Part shown: positions 42,927 through 52,744 of the stretch, piece by piece
How positions within the stretch are numbered: the stretch's first letter is position 1
How the letters are laid out: the number at the start of each line of letters is the position of its first letter
Origin: an uncultured delta proteobacterium
Lineage (GTDB): Bacteria; Myxococcota_A; Polyangia; Palsa-1104
Direction of reading: 5' to 3'
DNA: 64,000 bases
Assembly (NCBI GenBank): GCA_963785725.1
Contig: CAWAWS010000019.1
Location: forward strand, 32,001 to 96,000
Notes under the pieces: model-generated
What the model was told of the DNA's origin: nothing
Databases searched by the model: none
The model's input: the letters and a program-made list of their open reading frames with translations, nothing else
Made by a program: the position numbers and the translations under genes

Positions 42927-43421
42927 CCCAAGGACCTCCTCGGGCACGATGTCGAGCTGATCGCGCGCCGTATCGCGAAACTGCTTCAGTCGGTTGCGCA
43001 CCGTGCGCTCGGAGATGCCGAGCAGCTCGGCGATCTCCTCCTGACCCATTTGATCCACGTAGTAATAGATAGCGACCTCGGCCAGCTCGCGCGGAATGAG
43101 GCTCAAGAGCTGCTCGATGCCGATGCGATCTTCCTGCGAGCTCACGCGTTCCGCTTCGGCGAGGGGCATTTTGCGGGCGAGCGCGCGCCGTCGCCGGGCT
43201 CCGTCGCGAATGCTATTGAGGCAATGGTTGGTCGTCACTTGATAGAGCCAGGTCGTGAGCGCCGATTCGCCACGGAAACCCGGGAAGGCCTGGATCGCCT
43301 TCATGAACACCTCCTGCACCATGTCCTGGGCAGCGTGCTCGTCCCCCAAAAGGGTACACGCTCGCCGCAGCACCATGCCGCCGTAGGTTCGATAGAGAAA
43401 GTCTATCGAGGCCTGATCCAT
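42924..43421 (-). CDS. ECF-type RNA polymerase sigma factor
   Basis: AQDMVQEVFM, F.GES.LTTWLYQVTTNHCLN (region 2); QEEIAELLGISERTVRNRL (region 4). Confidence 0.93.
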   Translation of the reverse strand: MDQASIDFLYRTYGGMVLRRACTLLGDEHAAQDMVQEVFMKAIQAFPGFRGESALTTWLYQVTTNHCLNSIRDGARRRRALARKMPLAEAERVSSQEDRIGIEQLLSLIPRELAEVAIYYYVDQMGQEEIAELLGISERTVRNRLKQFRDTARDQLDIVPEEVLG

Positions 43422-43596
43422 CCCTCAGACCCTTTCGACACCAAGCGCGCAATGGAGCGGCAACACGATCCGCCCGTAACGATCGGCGTGAACATTCGGC
43501 GAACTTTTCGCCAGCAAACGGCTAATAATGTGACAAAACTGCTGTACTGACCAGTACGACCGCGTTAAGGTTCGCACTGGCCAGAGAGGTTGTCTA

Positions 43597-45285
43597 ATGG
43601 TGCAGTCCGCCCTCAGACGACTCGGCGCGCTCGTCGTAGCCGTCTCGTTTGGGCAATGCAGCAAGAGCGACACGCTGCCACTGATCACCGATGGTGATTC
43701 AGTGCGACTTCTCTCCGCCAGCGTTTGTCCCGACGGCGCCGACGCCAGCACCTTCGACGACACCAGCTGGTCGACGGCAAAGCTGCCGCTCGTCGGCGTC
43801 CCGCAGAGCGGCGCCTGTCTGCGCAAAGAGTTCAACATCGGCTCGTCGCTTCCCGACTATCGCTGGCTCGACATTCGGCTGACGAGCGGCTCGCAGGCGC
43901 GGCTCAACGTCGGTCCCGGCAAGGAGCAGATGACGGCCGGCGAGCAGGGCCTGTACTGGACCAGCTCCGACGATCCCGACGATCCGACGGCCAAGACGAC
44001 GACCCCCACCACGGGCACGGTCGTCGAATACACGCTCGATCTGCGACTTTTCCCGACGTTGTTGCAGCCGACGCAGAACGTGCTGGCGCTGGCGGTGCCG
44101 CAGATGCAGCAGTCGCTCGAGCTGGGCGCGATCTTGCGGCGCGATGACGGCTACGACAGCGCCTACGTCAAAGTCGTCAACGGGCCCTACTCGGTGCATC
44201 CGTCGACGACGGGCGTGCAGCTGCAGTGGGAGACCGATCGTTCGGCGCCGTCGTGGGCCGTGGTGGCCGGCGGCGAAAGCTACGACGGCGGCTGGAGCGT
44301 CCACCACGGCGTCGACGTGGAGTCGCTCGTTCCCGGCCGTTTCTACTCGTTTTATGTGTCGACGGCCGAATCGAGCGCGCTGCCGGCCGAGTGCCAGGCG
44401 GTCGGCGTGGACTCGGTGTCCGACACCGGCGACGACGATCAGCTCGGTCGCTACGTGCAGCGGCGCAACGATTGCCAGCAGCTGGCGGCCGCGGTCAAGC
44501 CGGCCGTCGCCGACATGCACACGGCGGCCGCCGGCGGCGTCACGCTCAAGGTCGCCATCGTCGGCGACACGCGCAGCTCGGCCACGTCGACCAACGCCAT
44601 CTTGGGCGCGCTCGCGGCCGAATCGCCCGACCTCATCGTGCACACCGGCGATCTCGTGGCGTCGGGCAGCGAGGCCAACTGGGACGGCTTCTTCACCGTC
44701 GGTGCGCCGGCGCTCTTGCACGCGCCCATCGTGCCCGTCATCGGCGAGCGCGACGTGACGCCGCTGGCCGACCGCTTCTCGCAGCTGTTCGCGCTCGACG
44801 GCACCACGCCGGCGGCGCACGCCTACTCGGTCGATCTCGGCGTCGTCCACCTGGCGCTGCTCGATTCCACCGCCGCGGTCGCCGGTCAGGCCGCGTGGCT
44901 CGACGCCGATCTGACGGCAGCCGAAGCCGCGGGCGCGCAACACATCTACGTCGTGACGCACGTCGGGCCCTGGTCGAGCGGCGCCTCGGGCGGCAACGCG
45001 TCGGTGCTGGCGACGATCGTGCCCATCATTCGCGCCCACAAAGTCGAGGCCATCGTGAGCGGCCACGACAACATCTACGAGCACGGCGTCAGCAACGGGC
45101 TCAACTACTTCGTCTCGGGCGGCGCCGGCGACACCGTCGACACGCTCGGCAGCCCGCAGCCGACGACGGTGCTGGCGCGCGCTGTCCCGCACTACGTCAT
45201 CCTCTCGATCAACGGCACGAGCGCGACGGTCATCGCCAAAGACGCCAGCGGCACAGCCTTCGACGCCGTCGCGCTCACACCGTAA
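43597..45285 (+). CDS. Exported purple-acid-phosphatase-like metallophosphoesterase with N-terminal accessory domains; partly degenerate motifs
   Basis: GDTR, HTGDLV, GERD (in place of GNHD/E), TH, GHDN (in place of GHxH); FN3-like segment. Confidence 0.75.
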   Translation: MVQSALRRLGALVVAVSFGQCSKSDTLPLITDGDSVRLLSASVCPDGADASTFDDTSWSTAKLPLVGVPQSGACLRKEFNIGSSLPDYRWLDIRLTSGSQARLNVGPGKEQMTAGEQGLYWTSSDDPDDPTAKTTTPTTGTVVEYTLDLRLFPTLLQPTQNVLALAVPQMQQSLELGAILRRDDGYDSAYVKVVNGPYSVHPSTTGVQLQWETDRSAPSWAVVAGGESYDGGWSVHHGVDVESLVPGRFYSFYVSTAESSALPAECQAVGVDSVSDTGDDDQLGRYVQRRNDCQQLAAAVKPAVADMHTAAAGGVTLKVAIVGDTRSSATSTNAILGALAAESPDLIVHTGDLVASGSEANWDGFFTVGAPALLHAPIVPVIGERDVTPLADRFSQLFALDGTTPAAHAYSVDLGVVHLALLDSTAAVAGQAAWLDADLTAAEAAGAQHIYVVTHVGPWSSGASGGNASVLATIVPIIRAHKVEAIVSGHDNIYEHGVSNGLNYFVSGGAGDTVDTLGSPQPTTVLARAVPHYVILSINGTSATVIAKDASGTAFDAVALTP

Positions 45286-45305
45286 GAACCGCGGCGCGAC
45301 GCCGT

Positions 45306-46643
45306 TTATTTCTTCGCCGCCTTCATGACCTTCTCGATCTCGTCGGCCGTGCGCGGCAAGGCGCCCGAGAGCAATTTCGCGCCCGCTTTCGTGACCAAGA
45401 TCGTGTCCTCGATGCGAATGCCGAGCTTCTTCTCGGGAATGTAGATGCCCGGCTCGACGGTGATGACGCTGCCCTCGGCGATCGGCTCGAGCTGCGCCCA
45501 GCTGCCGAGATCGTGCACGTAGAGCCCGACGTGATGGCCGACGCCGTGGATGAAGTAGTCGTAATAACCGGCATCGATCATGACTTTTTCGGCCGCGCGC
45601 TGCAGCTCGACCCAGGTGACGCCGGGCCGCACCTTGGCCAGCGCCGCGTTCTGCGCCGCCAACACCGTGTCGTAGATCCTGCGCTGCTCGGCCGTGAAGT
45701 GGCCGTTGGCCGGGAACGTGCGCGTCACGTCGGTGGCGTAGTGATCGTACTCGGCGCCGGCGTCGATGAGCACCAGCTCGCCGTCCTCGATCACGCGATC
45801 GTCGTCGGGATAATGGAGCACGCAGCCGTCGGGGCCACCGCCGACGATCGACGGATACGACAGCGTCCGCGCGCCGCCCTTGCGAAACGTGTCCTCGACG
45901 ATCTGCTTGAGCTCCCACTCGTGCATGCCGGGATGCACGCGCTTCCACGACTCGAGGTGGCCGGCGACGGTGATGTCGGTGGCGCGCTGAATCTTCTCGA
46001 GCTCGCGCGGCTCTTTGACCATGCGCATTTTGCCGAGAAGCAGGTGCATGTCCTCGATCTTCAGGCCGAGCTGACGCGCCGAGGTTTTGCCGTAAATATC
46101 GAGCATCTTCGGCACTTCGCCTTCGTAGCCGACGACGTTGCCGCCCAAATAGTCGAGCTGCTTTCGCTGCTGCGCTTCCATCGCCAAGAAGTAGCCGAAC
46201 GCGCCGAACGGCCGAACGTGACGAAAGCCGATGCGCTGCTCGACGGCGAGGTTGGGCAAGATCGCGCGATAACCGCTCCAGCGGTCGCTTTCCGGCCGCG
46301 CCGGGGGCAGCAGCAGCTGCTCACGCTCGTCCGGCGGGTTCTCCGGAATCAGCATGAGCGCCGCGTCCGGCTCGTCCCACAGGCCGGTCAAATAGAAGAA
46401 ATCGAGGCTCTCCTCTTTTTCTTCCGTGCCTTTTTCGGGCGCCGACAGCACCGCCGCGACGCCCTTCTTCAGGAGCGACATGAGATGGGCACGGCGCGCG
46501 CGATAGACGTCGACCGCAAACGGCGTGGTTCCCGTCGGACGCTCACGCGCAGTCGCGGCGGCGGATGACGCCGGCCCGTTGGGATCGGCGTGACCGATTC
46601 CCGCGAGAGCGACGACGAGCAAAATGCCAAAGATCGTTCTCAT
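45306..46643 (-). CDS. pepP: Xaa-Pro aminopeptidase (M24B) with signal peptide
   Basis: DFFYLTG, LHY, LIDAGAE..Y.TDVTRT, HGVGHHVG, TVEPGIY, GIRIED. Confidence 0.9.
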   Translation of the reverse strand: MRTIFGILLVVALAGIGHADPNGPASSAAATARERPTGTTPFAVDVYRARRAHLMSLLKKGVAAVLSAPEKGTEEKEESLDFFYLTGLWDEPDAALMLIPENPPDEREQLLLPPARPESDRWSGYRAILPNLAVEQRIGFRHVRPFGAFGYFLAMEAQQRKQLDYLGGNVVGYEGEVPKMLDIYGKTSARQLGLKIEDMHLLLGKMRMVKEPRELEKIQRATDITVAGHLESWKRVHPGMHEWELKQIVEDTFRKGGARTLSYPSIVGGGPDGCVLHYPDDDRVIEDGELVLIDAGAEYDHYATDVTRTFPANGHFTAEQRRIYDTVLAAQNAALAKVRPGVTWVELQRAAEKVMIDAGYYDYFIHGVGHHVGLYVHDLGSWAQLEPIAEGSVITVEPGIYIPEKKLGIRIEDTILVTKAGAKLLSGALPRTADEIEKVMKAAKK

Positions 46644-46858
46644 GGCCGACAGCCTCGGCCAGTTTCCGACGTTGCACAAGAACCGCGATCCCGCTCGGCC
46701 AATGAGGGGGGCATCGGCCGAGCGGGCGTGGTCCATCTACTTCCGCGACGCGTTCAGTCGTTGAGGGGCATCAGCGACCGGGCGAGGAGGAGTGTTACGA
46801 CCGCGGCCTTGGTTTCACGGGTGAGGAGCATCACCGCGTGAGACGTGCCGTGGTTTGG

Positions 46859-48796
46859 TTACTTCCAAGTAAACGTCGCAACGGCACCGGCAGGTAACGA
46901 GCTCGTGAAAGTTCTGCCACTGTCGACGACCGTGAACGATTGCGGGCTGCTGGCGCCGTTGAGCACGAGCAGAACGCGCGTTCCATCCGGATTGACGAAC
47001 GCGACGTCTTCTACGTTGCCTGAGCCGAAGCTGTTGGAATCGACGCGATAGGCGCCCGACGCGATGAAGCGACTGGCGTGACCCATGGCGTAGTAGTCGA
47101 CCTCCTTGGTGAAGCTGCCATCGGAATGAATGGTGATGAGACCGGTGCAGGTCGTGCAGCCGCCGCTTCCCGTCGGAAACGGCCCGTGCGCGTCGTTCAA
47201 GGCGAGATTCCAGCGCACGACCGACTTGGCCCAGTTGCGCGCCGAGCCGATGTAGAGCTGATCGAACTGGTTGGCCAAGCTCTGGCCGAACGAGCCGCTC
47301 CACGTGCCGCCCGAGCATTCGGTGACGTAGATATCCTTGTCGGGGTAGGCGTTATGCATCGTGGTCATGGCTGACGGGTCACCGGAATAGCAATGAAACG
47401 CAATTCCCCCCGTATATGTTCCAACCTGCGCGTTATCGGCGAGGATCGACTGCGGGAACGATTCGTTGTCCCAGTTGTGGTCGAACAAAAAGATCTTCGT
47501 GGTGATCCCGGCCGCAGCAAACGCCGGCCCGAGGTGATAGCGGATCAGGTTCGACTGCTCCCACCACTGCATGCTCATCGACGGATAGCCGACCGGCTGA
47601 ATGAGCGGCTCGTTGATCGTCGTGATCGCCCAAATGGGAATGCCGACGGCCGCATATTGTTGGATGAATTTCACGAAATATTGCGCATACGGATCGTAAG
47701 AGCCGGGATCGACGAGGCTGCCGGTATTCTCGAGCGAGCCGTTCGTCTTCATCCACGCCGGCGCCGACCACGGCGTCGCCATCACCTTGAGCGCCGGATT
47801 CGTCGCCAACGCTTGTTGCACCATCGGGATGATGTACGGCTGGTCGCGCGCGATCGAAAACTGCGCCAGCGTCGGATCGGTCGTGCCGGCGGCGATGTCG
47901 TCGTAAGAGTAGAAGCTCCACGCCAGATCGCTCGTGCCCATCGGCTGGCGCAAGATGCTGACGCCGATGCCTTGCGTCGGATCGAAGAGCGCCGTCATCG
48001 CCGCTGAACGCTGCGCCGCCGTCATTTGATCGGCGAACAGCCACGCCGACGAATCGGTCATCGACGCGCCGAAGCCGGTCATTTGTTGATATTGCGTGCC
48101 GGCGTTGACGGTGATGACGTTGCTGCCGCCGCCATTGCCGCTGACGAGCGGAATCGCCGGCTGCGCCGTCAGCGCGAGCGCGCCGTCGGCCGTCGTCTCC
48201 CACTCGGCGACGCTGCCGCCCGTCGGTGCGCCGCCGCCGCCGTTGATGCCGATCGCGAACGCTTCCCAGCCGCTCGCCACCGTCGCCGTCGCCGCCAGCG
48301 TGCTGCCGCCGCCGTTCAACGCCGAGACATAGTCGCCGAGCGTCTTCGTTTGCAGCGAAATTTGCTGGCCGTTGGTGATGGTGCCCGAGCCGCTGATGAG
48401 GCTGATGCGGAAGGTCTCCCAATCGAGCGGCGTCGTGCGGTTGGCGTCGAGCACGCCGCCGCCGCCGTTCTCCGCGGAGACGAACTGCCCGTTCGACGCC
48501 GCGAGATTGACGTAGTCGCCGCTGACGAGCGCGCCGCCGTTGATGTCGTAGAGCGTGAACGTCTCCCACGTGCTGGCGACGGCGCGGTTGGCGTCGACGA
48601 CGCCGCCGCCGCCGTTCTCCGCCGACACGTATTGCCCGGCGAGCGCCGTCTTGAACGTGACCGAATACGTCGCCGTCGACAGCGGCGCGGCTTCGCCGGG
48701 CTCGCCTTGCGAAGCCGCGCCCGCCTGACAGCCGGCGCCGACGAGCGTCGCCAAAAGCAGCGCACAACGAGTGGATACTTGAGCTTCTGCGCGCAT
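46859..48796 (-). CDS. Lipoprotein: fascin-like beta-trefoil plus glycoside hydrolase family 30
   Basis: GAGGAG SD; lipobox GAGC; three VSAxNGGG..WE.F repeats; Q.MTGFGAS.TD, PWSAPAWMKTN, NEP, TECSGG, WNLAL, VAFVNPDG. Confidence 0.9.
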   Translation of the reverse strand: MRAEAQVSTRCALLLATLVGAGCQAGAASQGEPGEAAPLSTATYSVTFKTALAGQYVSAENGGGGVVDANRAVASTWETFTLYDINGGALVSGDYVNLAASNGQFVSAENGGGGVLDANRTTPLDWETFRISLISGSGTITNGQQISLQTKTLGDYVSALNGGGSTLAATATVASGWEAFAIGINGGGGAPTGGSVAEWETTADGALALTAQPAIPLVSGNGGGSNVITVNAGTQYQQMTGFGASMTDSSAWLFADQMTAAQRSAAMTALFDPTQGIGVSILRQPMGTSDLAWSFYSYDDIAAGTTDPTLAQFSIARDQPYIIPMVQQALATNPALKVMATPWSAPAWMKTNGSLENTGSLVDPGSYDPYAQYFVKFIQQYAAVGIPIWAITTINEPLIQPVGYPSMSMQWWEQSNLIRYHLGPAFAAAGITTKIFLFDHNWDNESFPQSILADNAQVGTYTGGIAFHCYSGDPSAMTTMHNAYPDKDIYVTECSGGTWSGSFGQSLANQFDQLYIGSARNWAKSVVRWNLALNDAHGPFPTGSGGCTTCTGLITIHSDGSFTKEVDYYAMGHASRFIASGAYRVDSNSFGSGNVEDVAFVNPDGTRVLLVLNGASSPQSFTVVDSGRTFTSSLPAGAVATFTWK

Positions 48797-49164
48797 GAAG
48801 ACCTCCTCGGCGGCGAACCGCTGCGAGGCGACTTCAGCAAGCGTCATACCGTCATATGAAGCGCTGCGAATCTCGTTAGTTCGCAGATCGAACAAAGTCG
48901 AAGGCGCCTCGAACTGTCTCCTGCAGGTGGACACTCGGGTGATCGACTCCTCAGCCGAAAGCTAGGTTCGACTCCGTTCGAAGTCAATATTCGCTAGTAG
49001 TGGCGCGGCTTTTTCGATCATTAGCCGCGCTGTTTAATTGGTGCTTCAGGCGACACATTCGCGCGCGCTCGAATGACAGCGTGGCGAAATTGCGACGAAT
49101 GCGACGCGCCGTGTCGACGCGAAATCGAACAATCGACGACGGCGAGTCGGCTACATTGCTCGCC

Positions 49165-51303
49165 ATGTTCAGACGGACCTTCCTGCATCTGACGGCGAGC
49201 GCCGCGGCGCTCTACACCTTGCGCGGGCGGCGCGTGTTTGCCGCCGGGAGCCACGCCATGACCGACGATCCGCTGCTCGCACCTTGGACGGGCCCGCACG
49301 GTGGGATCCCGCGCTTCGACCTGATCACGACGGCGAGCTTCAAGCCGGCGATCGAAAAAGGAATGGAGCTCAAGCGGAAAGAGGTCGCGGCGATTGTCGC
49401 CAACACGGAAGCGCCGACGTTCGCCAACACGACGTTGGCGTTCGAGGACGCGGGGCGGCCTTACGGGCGCGTCTTGAGCATCTTCGGCATCTATCGCTCG
49501 ACGATGAACGACAAGCCGATGCAGGCGCTGGAAGCGGAGATGGTGCCGATTTTGGCGGCGTTCGACGACGAGATCACGCAGAACGAGGCGCTCTTCAAGC
49601 GCGTCAAAGCGGTTTACGACGGGCGCGCGAAGGCGAAGCTGAAGCCCGACGAGCTACGGCTCGTCGAAGTGCAGTATCGCGGGTTCCAGCGTTATGGCGC
49701 CGATCTCAACGCGACCGATAAAGCGAAGCTCAAGCAGATCAACGAGCGACTGGCTTCGCTCTATACGAAGTTCTCGCAGAACGAATTGGCCGACGAAGAG
49801 GGCTATTCATTGCCACTTCATAATGAAGCCGATTTGGCGGGATTACCCGACACCTTACGCGCGTCGGCGAAGACGGCGGCCGAGAGCAAAGGGCTGCATG
49901 GTCAATGGTTGATTACCAATACGCGCTCCTCGATGGAGCCATTTCTGACCTATTCGACACGACGCGATTTGCGCGAAAAGGGTTGGCGACTGTGGATCAA
50001 TCGCGGCGACAACGCGGGCGCGCACGACAATAAGCCGGTCATTGCCGAAATTCTGACGTTGCGCGCGCAGCGGGCGAAGCTGCTCGGCTTTGCCAGTCAC
50101 GCGCATTGGGCGCTCGACGATAATATGGCGAAGACGCCGGACGCGGCGATGGCGCTGATGATGAAAGTGTGGCCGGCGGCGACGGCGCGCGTGAAGCAAG
50201 AAGTGGCCGACATGCAGCAGATCGCCGACGCCGAGCACGCGGGCCACAAGATCGAGCCCTGGGACTATCGCTTCTATTCGGAGAAGGTGCGCAAAGCGAA
50301 GTACGATCTCGATCAGAACGAAGTGAAGCCTTATTTGCAGCTCGACAAGATGCGCGAGGCCATGTTTTGGGCCGCCGGTCAGCTTTACGGGTTCGATTTC
50401 AAGTTGCTCAGCGGCGTACCGACTTATCAAGCGGACATGAGCGTCTATGAAGTGACGCGTCACGGTAAGCGGGTCGGTCTTTGGTACTTCGATCCTTATG
50501 CGCGTGACGGTAAGCAGTCGGGCGCGTGGATGAACGAATATCGGACGCAAGAGAAGTTCAAGGCGGGCATTACGCCGGTGGTGTCGAATAACGCCAACTT
50601 CGTCAAAGGCAAACCGGGCGAACCGGTGTTGATCTCGTGGGAGGACGCGGTGACGATGTTCCACGAGTTCGGCCACGCACTGCACGGGCTCAACTCCGAC
50701 GTGCGCTTCCCGACCTTGGCGGGCACGAACACGAAGCGCGACTTCGTCGAGTTCCCCAGTCAATTGAACGAGCATTGGCTGCCGACCAAAGAGGTGTTGA
50801 CGAAGTTCGCGCACCATTTCCAGACCAATGCGCCGATCCCCGATGCATTGGTGGCGAAGATCGAGCATTCGAAACATTTCGCGCAGGGCTTCGGCACCGT
50901 CGAGTATTTGGTGTCCGCGATCTACGACATGAAGATTCATACGGCCAACGCCGATAAGCCGATCGACGCCACGGCGTTCGAGAAGCAGACGATGAAGGAG
51001 ATCGGCTGCCCGTCGGAGATCGTCATGCGCCACCGGCCGACGCAGTTCGGGCACATCTTCTCCGGCGACGGGTATTCGGCCGGTTATTACGCGTATATTT
51101 GGGCCGACACGTTGACGGCGGACGCGGCCGAGGCGTTCGAGGCGGCGGGCAGCTTTTACGACAAGGCGACGGCGAAGCGGCTGCACGACGAGATCATGAG
51201 CGTCGGCAATTCGGTGCCGCCGGAGGATGCATTCCGCCGCTTCCGCGGCCGCGACGTCGACACCAATGCGCTGATGAGAAAGCGCGGATTTCCGGTGGCA
51301 TGA
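49165..51303 (+). CDS. dcp: M3-family peptidyl-dipeptidase with Tat-like signal
   Basis: FRRTFL twin-arginine leader; KQSGAWM, FHEFGHALHG, DFVEFPSQ, GYSAGYY. Confidence 0.92.
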   Translation: MFRRTFLHLTASAAALYTLRGRRVFAAGSHAMTDDPLLAPWTGPHGGIPRFDLITTASFKPAIEKGMELKRKEVAAIVANTEAPTFANTTLAFEDAGRPYGRVLSIFGIYRSTMNDKPMQALEAEMVPILAAFDDEITQNEALFKRVKAVYDGRAKAKLKPDELRLVEVQYRGFQRYGADLNATDKAKLKQINERLASLYTKFSQNELADEEGYSLPLHNEADLAGLPDTLRASAKTAAESKGLHGQWLITNTRSSMEPFLTYSTRRDLREKGWRLWINRGDNAGAHDNKPVIAEILTLRAQRAKLLGFASHAHWALDDNMAKTPDAAMALMMKVWPAATARVKQEVADMQQIADAEHAGHKIEPWDYRFYSEKVRKAKYDLDQNEVKPYLQLDKMREAMFWAAGQLYGFDFKLLSGVPTYQADMSVYEVTRHGKRVGLWYFDPYARDGKQSGAWMNEYRTQEKFKAGITPVVSNNANFVKGKPGEPVLISWEDAVTMFHEFGHALHGLNSDVRFPTLAGTNTKRDFVEFPSQLNEHWLPTKEVLTKFAHHFQTNAPIPDALVAKIEHSKHFAQGFGTVEYLVSAIYDMKIHTANADKPIDATAFEKQTMKEIGCPSEIVMRHRPTQFGHIFSGDGYSAGYYAYIWADTLTADAAEAFEAAGSFYDKATAKRLHDEIMSVGNSVPPEDAFRRFRGRDVDTNALMRKRGFPVA

Positions 51304-51447
51304 CGAATGATCTAATGCGCGTTAGACGTCCCGCCTAAGCACCGACCCACTCCCCGATTTTACACGGATGATGCGGCAACTTGCCGCAGTCAACGTTGTT
51401 TTCGTTCGCACGCGGTCGCACTGAAGCCGTTTTGAATGACTAAAGAA

Positions 51448-51479
51448 GGAGGTGAACGGGATCGAACCGTTGGCCTCTA
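51448..51479 (-). mobile_element. att-like direct repeat: exact copy of the 3' part of tRNA-Ala
   Basis: ggaggtgaacgggatcgaaccgttggcctcta is identical to 51812-51843. Confidence 0.85.
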
Positions 51480-51764
51480 CAATGGGATTTTCCGGAGGTT
51501 CGGGCTGGGCTGAGAGGGCAAGGTAATTCGATCCGCTGCTGACGCGCTCGCCCTATGGCCCGGCCGGGACGGGCCTGCCCTCGTGCTGACCGAATGGCGC
51601 GACTTCATCGTCCCGCGAGAGCGACTGTTCCAGCGGTGGCGAACAGATTCCGTGCAGCTGAAGGAGATCGAGCTCTCGGCCTCTAGACTAGACGGCGAGG
51701 ATGACGCGAGGATCCTGCGGAACATGACGTTGGTACGGGCGGATGTCGTCCGGTACGCCAAGCC

Positions 51765-51800
51765 CAAACACAAAGGGCCCCGCATCTCTGCGGAGCCCTT
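51765..51800 (-). terminator. Rho-independent terminator-like hairpin after the tRNA
   Basis: Minus strand AAGGGC-T-CCGCA gaga TGCGG-G-GCCCTT followed by TGTGTTTG. Confidence 0.7.
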
Positions 51801-51810
51801 CGCGTTTCGG

Positions 51811-51883
<73 letters not shown>

Positions 51884-51949
51884 GACTCGCCGGAATGCTT
51901 AACAAACAGCCCGCCCCACCGCAAGCGAAAAAAGGCTATACCCTGGCGC

Positions 51950-52711
51950 GTGCCAGCCGACGGCAAACCGCGCCGCGAGCGCGCCGACAAGCGCGTCGTC
52001 GACGCCGGCCTCGCCGACAGCCGCAACCGCGCGCAAGCGCTCATCTTGGCCGGCCAGGTCGTCATCGGCGACCATGCCGTCGCCAAGCCCGGCGATCTCG
52101 TCGACGCCGCCGCACCCGTGCGCCTCAAGGGCGACCCCTTGCCCTACGTCTCGCGCGGCGGCCTGAAGCTCGTCCACGCGCTCGACCACTTCGCCCTCGA
52201 CGTGCACGGCCTGCGCGGCCTCGACGTCGGCGCCTCGACCGGCGGCTTCACCGACGTCCTCTTGCAGCGCGGCGCCGTCGCCGTCGTCGCCCTCGACGTC
52301 GGCACCAACCAGCTGGCGCACAAGCTGCGCCAAGATCCGCGCGTCACCTCGATCGAGCAGACCAACGCCCGCAGCTTCGACGTCACCACCCTGCCGTTCG
52401 TGCCCGACATCGTCGTCTGTGACGTCAGCTTCATCTCGCTCACGATCATCCTGCCCAAGCTCGTCGAGGCGGCGGGCCGCGGCGGCAAGCCGATCATCGC
52501 GCTGGTCAAGCCGCAGTTCGAGGTCGGCAAAGGCGAAGTCGGCAAGGGCGGCGTCGTGCGCGAGCCCGAAAAGCGCCAGGCCGCCGTCGACAAATGCGCC
52601 GCCTGCGCCCGCGCGCTCGGCTGCGACGTCATCGGCGTCATCGAATCCCCCATCACCGGTCCCGCCGGCAACGTCGAGTTCCTACTCTTTCTACGCACCG
52701 CGCCCGATTGA
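51950..52711 (+). CDS. tlyA: TlyA-family rRNA 2'-O-methyltransferase
   Basis: S4 domain, YVSRGGLKL, DVGASTGGFTD, DVSFISL, LVKPQFE, GNVEF. Confidence 0.95.
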   Translation: MPADGKPRRERADKRVVDAGLADSRNRAQALILAGQVVIGDHAVAKPGDLVDAAAPVRLKGDPLPYVSRGGLKLVHALDHFALDVHGLRGLDVGASTGGFTDVLLQRGAVAVVALDVGTNQLAHKLRQDPRVTSIEQTNARSFDVTTLPFVPDIVVCDVSFISLTIILPKLVEAAGRGGKPIIALVKPQFEVGKGEVGKGGVVREPEKRQAAVDKCAACARALGCDVIGVIESPITGPAGNVEFLLFLRTAPD

Positions 52712-52744
52712 CGATCCGCCTTCTCCGGCAGACACTTGCCAACG

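Noticed and set aside
48960..48980. GGTTCGACTCC as a tRNA T-arm
   Set aside because: No acceptor, D or anticodon arms can be built around it.
51448..51479. Second tRNA gene
   Set aside because: Only the 3' 32 nt are present; the 5' half and anticodon loop are missing.
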